This document shows, piece after piece, positions 21,807 through 32,871 of a DNA stretch of 64,000 nucleotides; the first letter of the stretch is position 1; each line of letters opens with the position of its first letter. Below the pieces are notes generated by a model, which saw only the letters and a list, made by a program, of their open reading frames with translations, was not told the origin of the DNA and searched no databases. The DNA is from Candidatus Oxydemutatoraceae bacterium (GTDB lineage Bacteria; Pseudomonadota; Gammaproteobacteria; Poriferisulfidales; Oxydemutatoraceae), in assembly GCA_965218975.1 (NCBI GenBank), contig OZ244717.1:992001-1056000 (forward strand). Reading direction: 5' to 3'. The translations under genes and the position numbers were made by a program.

Positions 21807-22437
21807 GTTGCCGAAGTATATTGCGGTTGAAGGTCCGATCGGCGTTGGTAAAACGGTTCTTGCCGAGCAAATTGCGGAAACTTTTTCCGCTTGCCTTGCG
21901 CTTGAAGCATTTCGGGAAAATCCATTTCTGGAAAAATTCTATTCTGATCCGGAGCGCTTTGCTTTACCGACACAATTGTTTTTTTTGACTAGTCGAGTGA
22001 AGCAAGTTCAATCATTTATTCAGACGGATCTTTTTCATCCGACACGAGTCACCGATTTTTTGATTGACAAGGATAAGTTATTTGCCGAATTAACATTGGA
22101 GCGTGAGCAGTTTGATTTGTACTGTCAGGTTTATAATACTTTAACCCAAGGTCTGATTCATCCCGACTTGGTAATTTACTTACAAGCGCCGGTTGAAGTG
22201 CTGATGGATCGTATTGCCGAGCGCGGGCGAGGCTTCGAGCGAGGAATTGAAAGCAGTTACTTGGAACGAATCAGTCAAAAGTATTCTGAGTTTTTTTATC
22301 ACTACCATGTCACGCCATTATTAGTTGTGAACGTAGCTGAGGTTGATTTTAGGCGCGGCGGAAGCGATTATCGGCAATTGCTTGAACGCATCAAATCAGT
22401 ACGTCCCGGGAAGTATTATTTCAATCCTTCGTCGTAG
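21799..22437 (+). CDS. Deoxynucleoside kinase; start placed at MAELPK
   Basis: YIAVEGPIGVGKT, ENPFLEKFY, TQLFFL, PDLVIYLQA, RGRGFE. Confidence 0.9.
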   Translation: MAELPKYIAVEGPIGVGKTVLAEQIAETFSACLALEAFRENPFLEKFYSDPERFALPTQLFFLTSRVKQVQSFIQTDLFHPTRVTDFLIDKDKLFAELTLEREQFDLYCQVYNTLTQGLIHPDLVIYLQAPVEVLMDRIAERGRGFERGIESSYLERISQKYSEFFYHYHVTPLLVVNVAEVDFRRGGSDYRQLLERIKSVRPGKYYFNPSS

Positions 22438-22828
22438 TATTTTTTTATGAATGTCGAGCACGTCATTCGACAAGTGCCGTCAGTTACAGCCACATCAGCG
22501 AGTGGAGTGTGAAAACCGCAAGCCGCTTATAGAGAACTTGGACAACGCCGGGCCGCGGATTTATGTATATAATCCCTCTAATATAAAAGTTTATTACCGG
22601 TGTTCTTTGCAGGTTTGATGAGGAATAAAGTGTTAAAAAACGTCAATGTCAATAAAAACTTACCTGAAGTGTTCGGTTGGTAAGGAATCCGGCGAATAGC
22701 AGCGGTTTAAGTGATCGGCAATCGGCGTGGTTTGCAGCATACTCGGCTAACCGGTCTTTCCGCTCCGTGATAGTAAAACACCGGATGAGCCGTATAAACT
22801 ATTCCATATAATCCTTTGTTGTGATTAA

Positions 22829-23620
22829 TTGATGAGTAATAGAAGGAAACGTATCACTCTGAGCAGTCTGAAGCAGTATTGCAAGCAGTCCGAGAAAATT
22901 GCTTGCTTGACGGCTTACGATGCGACTTTTGCGAAAATACTTGAAGCGGCGAAAGTTGATGTGATTCTAGTCGGTGATTCTTTGGGGATGATAGTTCAGG
23001 GGCGAGAAACGACATTGGCGGTAACGATTGAGGATATGGTCTACCATTGCGCCTGTGTCAGCCGGGCGGTTTTTCGCCCGATGATTATGGCCGATATGCC
23101 GTTTATGAGTTATACCTCGATTGATCAGGCTTTACACAACGCCGGGCGTCTCGTTAAAGAAGGTGGTGCGCAAATCGTCAAACTTGAATCCGACCGGCGT
23201 CAGATTAATTTGATTCGAGAGTTCAGCGCCTACGGAATCGCATCGTGCGCACATCTGGGGCTCCGCCCGCAATGGATTCATAAATTAGGTGACTATTCAA
23301 TGCAAACAGACAACGCGGCTCAGTTGGAAAGTGATGCGCAAGCATTGATTGAGGCAGGCGCCGATATACTTTTACTTGAGTGTGTACCGCCGCAGCTTGC
23401 AGCTAAGATTACCAAAGATTCCACCATTCCGGTGATAGGGATTGGCGCCGGATCGGTATGTGACGGTCAAATTCTCGTAACACAGGATATACTCGGTATG
23501 ACGGATTTCTCGCCTTGGTTTGCTAAAGATTTTTTATCCGAATCCACTTCAATCGAAGCGGCGATTGCAGCGTATGTTCGTGCCGTGAAAAACCATAGTT
23601 TTCCCGGCACCGGCGCGTGA
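22829..23620 (+). CDS. panB: 3-methyl-2-oxobutanoate hydroxymethyltransferase
   Basis: LTAYD, ILVGDSLG, ADMPFMSY, HLGLRPQ, IGIGAG..CDGQILV. Confidence 0.96.
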   Translation: MMSNRRKRITLSSLKQYCKQSEKIACLTAYDATFAKILEAAKVDVILVGDSLGMIVQGRETTLAVTIEDMVYHCACVSRAVFRPMIMADMPFMSYTSIDQALHNAGRLVKEGGAQIVKLESDRRQINLIREFSAYGIASCAHLGLRPQWIHKLGDYSMQTDNAAQLESDAQALIEAGADILLLECVPPQLAAKITKDSTIPVIGIGAGSVCDGQILVTQDILGMTDFSPWFAKDFLSESTSIEAAIAAYVRAVKNHSFPGTGA

Positions 23621-23633
23621 ATTACGCATAACG

Positions 23634-24506
23634 ATGCAGGTTCTTCGGATTCTCGAAGAAGTTGAGCGCCACGTCGGCACATTGCGCCGTGAGAATCGCT
23701 CTATTGCATTGGTTCCCACAATGGGCGGGTTGCATCCCGGGCATGTCGCTTTGTTACAATCTGCGGCACAGTACGCTGATGTCGTTATCGCAAGCTTATT
23801 TGTCAATCCTTTGCAGTTTGATTGCAAGCAAGATTTTGATTCGTATCAACGTGTTGAGGAGGCGGATTTTAAATGGTTGCGTGAGCATCATGTCGGATAT
23901 GTGTTTGCGCCCGATCATAGTGTGATGATTCCACCCGAAAACGGTGACGGCATTTATGTGACGCCCGGAACACTAGGCCTTGAATTGTGCGGTAGACATC
24001 GGCCGGGACATTTTCAAGGCATGCTGACCATTGTTGCTAAGCTGTTAAACATTTTCTCTCCTGATTTTGCAGTTTTTGGGGAAAAGGATTATCAACAGTT
24101 GCTTTTAGTCCGAAAAATGGTTACGTGGTTAAATTTTACTTGCCGCATTATTGCGGTGCCGACGGTGCGTGAGCGTGACGGTTTAGCGTGCAGTTCCAGA
24201 AACGTTCATTTGGACGGGCCGCAGAGAAAACAAGCGCCATTATTGTATGCCGGCTTATCGCAGCTTGCGGCTGTCATCCGTGATCAAAACCCCGCTATCA
24301 AACAGTATTCCGCATTGGCGAGTAATGCAATTCGCCAATTGAATAAAGCGGATTTTGAGGTTGATTATCTTGAGGTTCGCGATGCGGATACTTTACATCT
24401 AGTGAGTAGGCAATCTAAACGGTTGGTTATTTTAGCCGCCGTTCGACTTGGTCAAACACGGTTGATAGATAACATAACCGTAACCCCCAAGCAGGTGTTA
24501 AAATAA
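23634..24506 (+). CDS. panC: Pantoate--beta-alanine ligase
   Basis: VPTMGGLHPGH, FVNPLQF, RPGHF, FGEKDYQQ, DGLACSSRN, TRLIDN. Confidence 0.96.
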   Translation: MQVLRILEEVERHVGTLRRENRSIALVPTMGGLHPGHVALLQSAAQYADVVIASLFVNPLQFDCKQDFDSYQRVEEADFKWLREHHVGYVFAPDHSVMIPPENGDGIYVTPGTLGLELCGRHRPGHFQGMLTIVAKLLNIFSPDFAVFGEKDYQQLLLVRKMVTWLNFTCRIIAVPTVRERDGLACSSRNVHLDGPQRKQAPLLYAGLSQLAAVIRDQNPAIKQYSALASNAIRQLNKADFEVDYLEVRDADTLHLVSRQSKRLVILAAVRLGQTRLIDNITVTPKQVLK

Positions 24507-24510
24507 GGCT

Positions 24511-24891
24511 ATGCAACTAAATTTTCTAAAATCCAAGATACATCGTGCTCGCGTTACTCACGCTGAAGTGGAATACGAAGGTTCGCTTGCGATTGACAGT
24601 GAATTGCTGAATGTTGCCGGTATCGCCGAATACGAGCAGTTGCATGTCTATAACCTTTCTAACGGAGAGCGGTTTATTACGTATGCCATTGCCGCACATA
24701 AAGGCAGCCGCATTATTTCTGCCAATGGCGGCGCCGCATATAAAGCGAACCCGGATGATAGGATTATCATTTGCACTTATTGCCAGATTGACGCGAGTCG
24801 AATCAAACAGCACAAACCAAAATTAGTTTATTTGGATTCCGCCAACCGTATTACGCGTGTCACAAATGAGATTCCCGTGCAAGCGGCATAA
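24511..24891 (+). CDS. panD: Aspartate 1-decarboxylase
   Basis: KSKIHRARVT, YEGS autocleavage site, NGERFITY, NGGAA. Confidence 0.96.
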   Translation: MQLNFLKSKIHRARVTHAEVEYEGSLAIDSELLNVAGIAEYEQLHVYNLSNGERFITYAIAAHKGSRIISANGGAAYKANPDDRIIICTYCQIDASRIKQHKPKLVYLDSANRITRVTNEIPVQAA

Positions 24892-24916
24892 TAATCGGTT
24901 TGATTGCAGAGAGGGT

Positions 24917-27733
24917 TTAACCGGTATTCCGCATACCGGCGGCAATTGCGCTAATACTACGGATTAACGGCACATTGGATAATTCATCGCCGTTACTTTT
25001 CTGCGCATTTTCCGATTGATGTTCCGAACGCTTCCGCAGTAGCGCCACTTGAATATAATTTAGCGAGTCCAAATAGGGGTCTCGTCTTTGCATTGATAGC
25101 ATGAGTGCGTTTTGGTTTTCTAACGGGCGGTTGAGTTGGCTGACCATCAGCACATATTTCAGTGTGCGTTGGTACTCGGTGTGAATTTTCTCAAACACAC
25201 GGTCGGCAGTTGCCGTTGATGAACACAATCTTGAATACTCATATGCAATATCCATGTTCGCTTTAAGTAACGCAATTTGTGTGTTGTCAATCATTGTGCC
25301 GAAGAATGACCATTCACGATAAATTTCTTGCATTTCTTGCAACCGGTTTGCGTTTTGGTCGTGGTATTTTTCAAGCGCGTAACCGATACCGTACCATGCG
25401 GGGAATGTATGGCGCGATAATGACCAGCCAAAAACCCACGGGATCGCGCGAATTGAAAACTTGGAACGGTCGGTCATTTTTCGATGTGAAGGACGCGATC
25501 CGATATTCATTTCGGCAATTTTTTTCACTGGGGTCGCCTCATAAAAATAATCAAATAGCCCTTCTGTTCTATCGACGAGATCACGATAAAAATGTTCGCT
25601 AAGTTCAGCACTTTTTCTCGCAAATATTAAGTGTTCTTTTTGTTTATTCGGGTTTGTCGACACCAGATGCTTGCATGCATGCATCAGGCCTGAAACCGCT
25701 AAAGTTAATTCTCTGACGGCAGTTTCATGGTTACTGTACTTAAATGACAGTACTTCACCCTGTTCGGTGATTCTAATCTGTCCGTTCACGGTGCCCGGTG
25801 GTTGGGCAATGATCGTTTTGTGCGTCGGTCCTCCGCCGCGTCCAATCGTACCGCCGCGACCATGGAAAATACGACATGCAACGCCGTATTCCGAGCTGAG
25901 GGATGTGATTTGTTTTTGAGCTTCATATAGGTTCCACGCCGATGCGATGATGCCGCCGTCTTTACACGAGTCGGAGTAACCGAGCATGACTTCCTGTAAA
26001 TTTCCCGAAGCTCGCAGTAGTTGCATATAGACTTTATTTTGGAATAAGTTCTTCAAGGTTTTGCCGATCCGTTCCAAATCCTCGATCGTTTCAAATAACG
26101 GAGTAACCTGCAGATCGCAAAAGATTTTGCCGTCCTTACTTTTTCCGGTTAAGCCGGACAATCTGGCAAGCAGCATGACTTCCAAGATATCGCTGACATT
26201 ATGGGTCATAGAAATCACATAATTACCGATGGATTTTTCGCTAACTTCTTCCTTTGCTTCACGGATGCAACGTATCACATTGACCACTTTTTGAGCATTT
26301 CTGCTCAGCGTTTTAGTATTGAGTTTCGGCAGTATGCTTTGATTAAGGCATTGGGTCAGCGCGAGAGCACGTTTTTCGGGGGGGAGTTCAGAGTAATTTT
26401 CCGCATATCCCCATTGTTTTAATATTTCGTCCACCGGTTTAGTATGTTTGCTTGATTCGTCACGGATATCCAAACGCGCCAATTGAAATCCGAAAGTTTC
26501 GGCGAGACGAATCAAGTCTTTCAATTCACGGTCCGCAATATCCGCATCGCCGTGTTGCCGCAGCGATTTATCAATCAGGTGCAAATCATCTAAAAACTCA
26601 TAATCGGACTCGTACGCAGCGCTTGGCATTGCGGTAGTTTTTCTTTTTAATTGTTTATGCAAGCAATTACACCGACTTTCAATTCTATATTTCATTACGG
26701 TAAGCAAGCGTCTATAGGGTTCTTTAAGGTAAAGACTGCTAAAATCTCCGGCTATCTCGCGCATTAAATTGCGGTGATGTTCGGAAATGATAATTAAATT
26801 TTCAGAGAGCTCAATAAAACTATTCGAATGAGTCAGAATATTAATGAGTTGATCCAGTCGTTTTGCATATTCTTCCAAAATAACGATCGATTGCAATTTA
26901 ACGGTCCGCCGGGTTACTTCCGGAGTGACAAAAGGGTTGCCATCGCGATCGCCTCCGATCCAAGAACCAAATTGAATAAAACTTGGTATCCGAAACGAGT
27001 GGTCGGGGTAACTTTCCTGTAATACTTTCTCTAATGCGGCATACACTGCGGGGACGGCAGTAAATAATGAAGTAGTAAAGTAATAAAGCCCGTTGAGTAC
27101 TTCGGTTTCGACGGTCGGTTTGTTGAGTCGAATCTCATCCGTCTTCCATAAAATACAAATCAGCGTTTTAAGCTTGCGGTGGATTTCATCTTTTTCTATT
27201 CGGTAAGGAGTGTGCTCCAATTCATTTAGAGTTAGGAAAATTTTTCTTGTCAATTGTAATGCAGTGCGACGTTTTGCTTCGGTAGGATGAGCGGTAAATA
27301 CCGGTTCGAATAATAACCGGTCAAGTAATTTTTGCATCGCTTGCGCGTCAACCCCTTCTCTACACAATTGCTTGATTTTCTGCCTAAACGATCCTTCATT
27401 AAGGAGATCTAATCTGCGGTTATATCGCCATGTATAATTGCTGTGCATTTCTTCGGCGATGTTGGCGAGAGTAAAATAAACAGAAAAAGCTCGAATGACG
27501 TTGTCCACTTGTTGAGTATCAAGGTTTGCAATGCGGCGAATGAGTATCCGGCGTCGCCGCCAATTGTCCGATTGTCTTAATTTAATAAAACCTTTGCGCA
27601 GAATTTCTATGGTGTTGAATAATGCCTCTCCATTTTGCTCTTTGATAACTTGCCCTAGTGAATTTCCGAGTAGGCGAACCCGCGAACGCAGCAATTTATC
27701 CCGTCGGTCATTAATTCTCTGATGTTTCAACAA
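24917..27733 (-). CDS. ppc: Phosphoenolpyruvate carboxylase
   Basis: VFTAHPTE, SWIGGDRDGNP, QEVMLGYSDSCKDGG, FHGRGGTIGRGGGP, RAIPW, C-terminal GMRNTG. Confidence 0.97.
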   Translation of the reverse strand: MLKHQRINDRRDKLLRSRVRLLGNSLGQVIKEQNGEALFNTIEILRKGFIKLRQSDNWRRRRILIRRIANLDTQQVDNVIRAFSVYFTLANIAEEMHSNYTWRYNRRLDLLNEGSFRQKIKQLCREGVDAQAMQKLLDRLLFEPVFTAHPTEAKRRTALQLTRKIFLTLNELEHTPYRIEKDEIHRKLKTLICILWKTDEIRLNKPTVETEVLNGLYYFTTSLFTAVPAVYAALEKVLQESYPDHSFRIPSFIQFGSWIGGDRDGNPFVTPEVTRRTVKLQSIVILEEYAKRLDQLINILTHSNSFIELSENLIIISEHHRNLMREIAGDFSSLYLKEPYRRLLTVMKYRIESRCNCLHKQLKRKTTAMPSAAYESDYEFLDDLHLIDKSLRQHGDADIADRELKDLIRLAETFGFQLARLDIRDESSKHTKPVDEILKQWGYAENYSELPPEKRALALTQCLNQSILPKLNTKTLSRNAQKVVNVIRCIREAKEEVSEKSIGNYVISMTHNVSDILEVMLLARLSGLTGKSKDGKIFCDLQVTPLFETIEDLERIGKTLKNLFQNKVYMQLLRASGNLQEVMLGYSDSCKDGGIIASAWNLYEAQKQITSLSSEYGVACRIFHGRGGTIGRGGGPTHKTIIAQPPGTVNGQIRITEQGEVLSFKYSNHETAVRELTLAVSGLMHACKHLVSTNPNKQKEHLIFARKSAELSEHFYRDLVDRTEGLFDYFYEATPVKKIAEMNIGSRPSHRKMTDRSKFSIRAIPWVFGWSLSRHTFPAWYGIGYALEKYHDQNANRLQEMQEIYREWSFFGTMIDNTQIALLKANMDIAYEYSRLCSSTATADRVFEKIHTEYQRTLKYVLMVSQLNRPLENQNALMLSMQRRDPYLDSLNYIQVALLRKRSEHQSENAQKSNGDELSNVPLIRSISAIAAGMRNTG

Positions 27734-27920
27734 TTTGGTAGTGTCGGATAGTGTGGCAACTTGTTGCAGAGTTATACCGTCTATAGAAAAGTCAATTCTA
27801 TCAAAATCAGGCTTTTATTTTCTGTGCTGCAAGAAGCGTACCATGCTAATGAATTTAAAAAAATCATTATATCACGCTACAATGATGCGTCCCATACGGA
27901 AAATTTGCAGGAATTCGCGA

Positions 27921-29492
27921 ATGTCATGTTCAATTACAAATAGTGCGGCGTGGGTGGCGTTGCGGCAACATCGTATGCAAACTAAGGGGATGCGGATCCG
28001 TGATTTACTGGCTCAAGATACTAATCGGTTCATAGATTTTTCCGCAAAAATTGATCATGTATTTTTTGACTATTCAAAGCATCGGGTTACACGACATACG
28101 TTAGAATTGTTGATGGCTTTGGCGCGCGAAGCGCAGCTTGAACAGTGGCGCGAGCGATTGGCGAATGGCGCAGTAGTCAACCATAGTGAAAAACGCACTG
28201 CTCTACATCCGGTTTTGCGTGGAAGCGGCAATGTTTCGGCTGAGGTTAAACAAACGTCGGATACTTTACAGGAAAAAGCTTTTAACTTTGTCCGACAAGT
28301 GAGGACGGGACAGGCGACGGGTGCAAGTGGTAAATCTTTCTGTCACATTGTCGGCATTGGTATCGGTGGGTCGTATGTCGGCAACAAAATGCTGTGTCGC
28401 GCACTCGCTACTTTTGGCAAAGGGAATCTAACCGTGCATTTTGTGAATGTCGGAGATGCCGACCAAACTCAAACTTTACTTGCTTCTTTACCGACAGAAG
28501 AGACTTTGTTTATTGCGATTTCCAAGAGTTTTACAACAGCAGAGACTCAACTGAGCATTCAACATGTCCGCTCGCGGTTGAACCATTACTATAATGACAA
28601 TACCTCTTGGCAAAAACACTTTGCCGCCGTTTCGACAAATGAGGATGCATTGATTAAATTCGGTATTCCGGCGGAGCGTCGTTTTATCATCGCCGATAGT
28701 ATCGGCGGACGTTATTCCATTTGGTCGGCGGTATCATTGCCGTCGATGATTTTCCTTGGTGATGAGAATTTCAAACAGTTTTTATCCGGCGCCAAGCGAA
28801 TGGACGAACATTTTTTTAAGCGCTCGCTTGCCGACAATGTACCGGTGATATTGGCATTGATTCACTTCTGGTATGTCAATTTTTATCATTCTGCTAACCG
28901 CGCGATAGTGGTTTACGACAATGCGTTGGAATATTTGCCGACTTATTTGCAACAATTGGAAATGGAGAGCAATGGTAAATCCGTCAACCGTGAAGGAATC
29001 AAATGCGATTATCCGACTGCGCCGGTGGTGTGGGGCGGACAGGGTTTGCAAGGGCAACATACTTTCTTCCAGCTTTTGCACCAAAGCAAGCGTTTGATTC
29101 CGACTGATTTTATTATTGCCGCTAATACTTTGTGTCGCGAACCTGGATATGATGACCTGCTCGCAGTTAACTTTTTTGCGCAGATTCACGCATTGATGGC
29201 AGGAGAGCAGGTTGCCGATCCGCAACAGTGTAATTGGGGCAATCAGCCGAGTACCGCTATCTTACTCAAAGAAATATCTCCGGCAACTATCGGCGCGTTG
29301 ATTGCTTTTTATGAGCATCAAGTTTTTGTGCAAGCGATGTTATGGCAGATCAACCCCTTTGACCAATGGGGAGTGGAGTTGGGTAAAAAAGTTTCAGCGC
29401 AGCTCACGGCCGGACTCGAACACCAAAGCGATCCTTTGTTCAATAAAACAACCGGTAAATTAGTGCAAGAGTATTTGCGTTGGAAGCAATGA
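27921..29492 (+). CDS. pgi: Glucose-6-phosphate isomerase; start placed at MSCSIT
   Basis: IGIGGS, SKSFTTAET, GGRYSIWS, QQLEMESNGK, INPFDQWGVELGK. Confidence 0.95.
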   Translation: MSCSITNSAAWVALRQHRMQTKGMRIRDLLAQDTNRFIDFSAKIDHVFFDYSKHRVTRHTLELLMALAREAQLEQWRERLANGAVVNHSEKRTALHPVLRGSGNVSAEVKQTSDTLQEKAFNFVRQVRTGQATGASGKSFCHIVGIGIGGSYVGNKMLCRALATFGKGNLTVHFVNVGDADQTQTLLASLPTEETLFIAISKSFTTAETQLSIQHVRSRLNHYYNDNTSWQKHFAAVSTNEDALIKFGIPAERRFIIADSIGGRYSIWSAVSLPSMIFLGDENFKQFLSGAKRMDEHFFKRSLADNVPVILALIHFWYVNFYHSANRAIVVYDNALEYLPTYLQQLEMESNGKSVNREGIKCDYPTAPVVWGGQGLQGQHTFFQLLHQSKRLIPTDFIIAANTLCREPGYDDLLAVNFFAQIHALMAGEQVADPQQCNWGNQPSTAILLKEISPATIGALIAFYEHQVFVQAMLWQINPFDQWGVELGKKVSAQLTAGLEHQSDPLFNKTTGKLVQEYLRWKQ

Positions 29493-29677
29493 ATGATGAT
29501 AGCGGTACATAACGTCAATACATTGTAGGGTTTCGTTTTCTAATGCCTTGTTACCGTTCGTACGGAAATGACAGAGGTTGGGGACGGGTTGTGCAGTTTG
29601 CGTTTTTTACTCGCAATAACCAAATAAGCGAGCGGCGAGGATTCGCTCCTTTCGATAGATTCGGAAATTTCATCCGC

Positions 29678-30769
29678 TTAGATTCGGGGGGTCTCGCTTT
29701 GTTTTGAATGTGCGTTTTCTTGTTGATCAATCGCCCATGTAACATGTTCCTGCACCAGCGCCGACGGATAATCGGAACGCACAATAAGCGCTGTAACAAT
29801 GTCGGCGCTATATGGCGCGTTGCCTAAACCGACAGCGATGTTACGCAGCCATCTTTCATAACCGAGCCGATATAGTACCGTTCCTTGCGTGCGCGCCACA
29901 AATTCTTGTTCGGTCCATTTGAACAGATCAATTAGTTCGCTGGAATCCAGTTTGTTTTTTACTTGAAAAGCGGGGTCGGCGGAAGTTTTGGCAAAACGAT
30001 TCCACGGACACACAAGTTGGCAATCATCGCAACCGAAAATACGGTTGCCGATCAGAGGGCGTAAATCAACCGGGATGGAACCTTTGAGCTCAATTGTGAG
30101 ATAAGCAATACATCGCTTTGCGTCTAAACGATACGGTGCGACAATGGCATGAGTCGGGCAGACGTCAATGCATCGCTTGCAATCACCGCAATGTTTTTGC
30201 GTGGGCTTTGATACCGGTAGCGGCAGATTGGTGTAGAGTTCTCCGAGAAAGTACCACGAACCGGTCTCACGGTTTAAGTTCAATGTGTGCTTGCCGGTCC
30301 ATCCTAATCCCGCTTTTTCGGCGATTGCTTTTTCCATGACCGGTGCGCTGTCGACAAATGCGCGATAACAGAAAGTACCGATGCTTCGTTCGATACGATC
30401 TGCCAATTTTTGCAAACGTTTGCGCATCAGCTTGTGATAATCTCGCCCGAGCGCATAACGGGCAATATATGCGGTGGTCGGTTGACGTAATACTTGTTGA
30501 GGAAGGATAGTCTGTTGCGGAAGGTAATTCATCCGTACCGAGATGATGCTTATGGTGTCAGGTATAAGTTCTGTCGGATGGCAACGTTTGGTGCCATGTC
30601 GGGCCATAAACTCCATATCGCCATGCATTCCTTCGTTTAGCCACTGCATCAAGCGCGCTTCGTGTCCGCTTAAATCGGTGTTAGCAATACCGATTTCGTC
30701 AAACCCCAGCGCTTGTGCCCAACGACGAATGTCGCGCACCAATTTGGCGCCATCCGGTTCGGCTTTCAC
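29678..30769 (-). CDS. queG: tRNA epoxyqueuosine(34) reductase
   Basis: YALGRDYHK, VDSAPVMEK, CGDCKRCIDVCPT, FGCDDCQLVCPWN. Confidence 0.96.
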   Translation of the reverse strand: MKAEPDGAKLVRDIRRWAQALGFDEIGIANTDLSGHEARLMQWLNEGMHGDMEFMARHGTKRCHPTELIPDTISIISVRMNYLPQQTILPQQVLRQPTTAYIARYALGRDYHKLMRKRLQKLADRIERSIGTFCYRAFVDSAPVMEKAIAEKAGLGWTGKHTLNLNRETGSWYFLGELYTNLPLPVSKPTQKHCGDCKRCIDVCPTHAIVAPYRLDAKRCIAYLTIELKGSIPVDLRPLIGNRIFGCDDCQLVCPWNRFAKTSADPAFQVKNKLDSSELIDLFKWTEQEFVARTQGTVLYRLGYERWLRNIAVGLGNAPYSADIVTALIVRSDYPSALVQEHVTWAIDQQENAHSKQSETPRI

Positions 30770-30862
30770 GATTGTACTTTTGCGTTACATAGCATATAGT
30801 GAAATCCTTTGAATGTAGCGTATAGTTATTCTATTATAGTTTTGCTCAGGCCATATAGTTAT

Positions 30863-32386
30863 ATGCTTCCATTGTTTACATCACAACAAGCTGCAGACAT
30901 TGATCGTCTGTTTATTGAGCAGGCATCGGTCAATGGGTACGAGTTGATGCGTCGTGCCGCAAAAGCAAGTTTTACTATCATTCGCAATCGTTGGCAGACG
31001 CCATCGACAGTCAGGATATTTGCCGGCAGCGGGAATAATGGCGGCGATGGTTATCAGTTGGGACGGCTTTTGCTTGATGCAGGATACCGTGTCGAGCTGT
31101 TTGCGGTCGGCGGCGCTCCTAAGAAAGATCCGGCAGTAAAAGCATATCAGGCTTATCGTGCGGCGAATGGCTGTGTTATTGATATCGCCGACTTGGGTTC
31201 CGACGATTCGTCACGGTTGATCGTTGATGCGATTTTTGGCAGCGGTTTGAACCGTGAGGTGACGGGTGAAGCGTTAGCGGTGATCCGTCATATCAATCAT
31301 GCGGCGCAGCCGGTGATTGCGTTGGATTTACCGTCGGGACTCAGCGCCGATACCGGAGTTAAATTGCCCGATGCGGTTTGCGCTAAACTGACCGTTACTT
31401 TTATTGTGCGTAAACTCGGTTTGTATACTTGCGATGCGAAAGATTGTTGCGGCGAAGTGATTTACGACGATTTGCAAGTAGATCGGAAATTGATTGCACA
31501 GTTGACACCATTCGCTTGGTTGATGAGCAAAGCGGAGTTTGTTCCTGAAAAAATATTGCGGCAAAATAGTCATAAAGGTCATTACGGACATGTCTTAGTG
31601 GTCGGGGGCGATTATGGAATGTCGGGTGCGGTGCGTCTTGCCGGTGAAGCGGCGATGCGTTGCGGCGCCGGATTGGTTAGCGTTGCGACTCGCACCGAAC
31701 ATGCCGCGACGATTGCTGCCGCTTGTCCGGTTTTGATGGCGTATGGCGTCGCGGATACAAAGAAGTTGAAAGTTCTCGCCGATCGTGCCGATGTAATGGC
31801 GATCGGACCGGGATACGGCAACAGTGCGTGGGGGCAAGCATTGTTTTCTTGTTTAGCTGATACGCCGCAATATAAAGTAATCGATGCCGATGCGCTGAAG
31901 CTACTCGCCGCCGAATCTATGTTTTGCGACCGATGGGTTTTAACGCCGCATCCCGGCGAAGCAGCAAAGTTGTTAAGTACTGACAGTCGCACGGTGCAGA
32001 GTGATCGCCTCTGCGCCGCGAAAGAGATTGTGCATAAGTTCGGCGGCATCTGTGTTTTGAAGGGTTCGGGCACGATCATTTGTTCCAAGCGACACGCCGT
32101 AGTATGTCCGCTTGGCAGTGCGGCGATGGCAACTGCTGGAATGGGTGACGTTCTCAGCGGTGTTGTTGCCGCTTTGCTCGCACAAAGCTTGCCGTCGACA
32201 ACGTTTAAGACAGGAGCGAGCAATAATGCCACTGACTGGTTGTATACGGCGGTTCTGCGAGGAGTTTATTTGCATGCATTGGCGGCGGAGCGCGCTGCGG
32301 GTTCACGTCGCCGCGGTGTTCTGGCAAGTGACTTGATGCCGCATCTGAGCGAGCAGTTTGAGAATGTCGGCTTATACAAATATTAA
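30863..32386 (+). CDS. nnr: Bifunctional NAD(P)HX epimerase/dehydratase
   Basis: GSGNNGGDG, DAIFGSG, DLPSG, SHKGHYG, DADAL, TPHPGEA, ATAGMGDVLSG. Confidence 0.94.
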   Translation: MLPLFTSQQAADIDRLFIEQASVNGYELMRRAAKASFTIIRNRWQTPSTVRIFAGSGNNGGDGYQLGRLLLDAGYRVELFAVGGAPKKDPAVKAYQAYRAANGCVIDIADLGSDDSSRLIVDAIFGSGLNREVTGEALAVIRHINHAAQPVIALDLPSGLSADTGVKLPDAVCAKLTVTFIVRKLGLYTCDAKDCCGEVIYDDLQVDRKLIAQLTPFAWLMSKAEFVPEKILRQNSHKGHYGHVLVVGGDYGMSGAVRLAGEAAMRCGAGLVSVATRTEHAATIAAACPVLMAYGVADTKKLKVLADRADVMAIGPGYGNSAWGQALFSCLADTPQYKVIDADALKLLAAESMFCDRWVLTPHPGEAAKLLSTDSRTVQSDRLCAAKEIVHKFGGICVLKGSGTIICSKRHAVVCPLGSAAMATAGMGDVLSGVVAALLAQSLPSTTFKTGASNNATDWLYTAVLRGVYLHALAAERAAGSRRRGVLASDLMPHLSEQFENVGLYKY

Positions 32387-32388
32387 AT

Positions 32389-32871
32389 ATGAATGTGTTG
32401 TCAACATCATCGGCCAAAGCAACACAATCTGCCGGCCAAGATTTTGCCGCGCTAATCAATAGCCGCATACTACCGCTAACGATCTGGTTGATCGGCGAGA
32501 TTGGCAGCGGTAAAACTACTTTTGCGCAAGGTTTGATTAGTGGAATGGGTTGGAGCGGGCGGGTTAAGAGTCCGACCTACAGTTTGGTGGAGTCATACGA
32601 TACTCCGCAAGCGCCTATCTTCCATTTTGATTTGTATCGAATTAAAGATGCCAACGAGTTGGAGAATATCGGGATTCGTGATTATTTTTCTCAAACCGTA
32701 CTGATATTGATTGAGTGGGCGGATTTAATGTGCGAAGTATTACCCTCGCCGGATATGTTATTGCACTTTGCATATCCGGCTCATCCCACTAATAATATGT
32801 CGAGTAGAGATATTGCTTTTATCGGCAAAAGCGCCGTCGGGCAAAAATTAATTACACAAATAAAATGGTGA
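32389..32871 (+). CDS. tsaE: tRNA t6A biosynthesis ATPase TsaE
   Basis: GEIGSGKTT, VKSPTYSLVE, HFDLYR, IEW. Confidence 0.95.
   Translation: MNVLSTSSAKATQSAGQDFAALINSRILPLTIWLIGEIGSGKTTFAQGLISGMGWSGRVKSPTYSLVESYDTPQAPIFHFDLYRIKDANELENIGIRDYFSQTVLILIEWADLMCEVLPSPDMLLHFAYPAHPTNNMSSRDIAFIGKSAVGQKLITQIKW

Noticed and set aside
27735-27920. Long N-terminal extensions on pgi (also adk, nnr, dNK, metY, ptrB) in the ORF track
   Set aside because: Artefacts of taking the most upstream start; family similarity begins at downstream Met codons.
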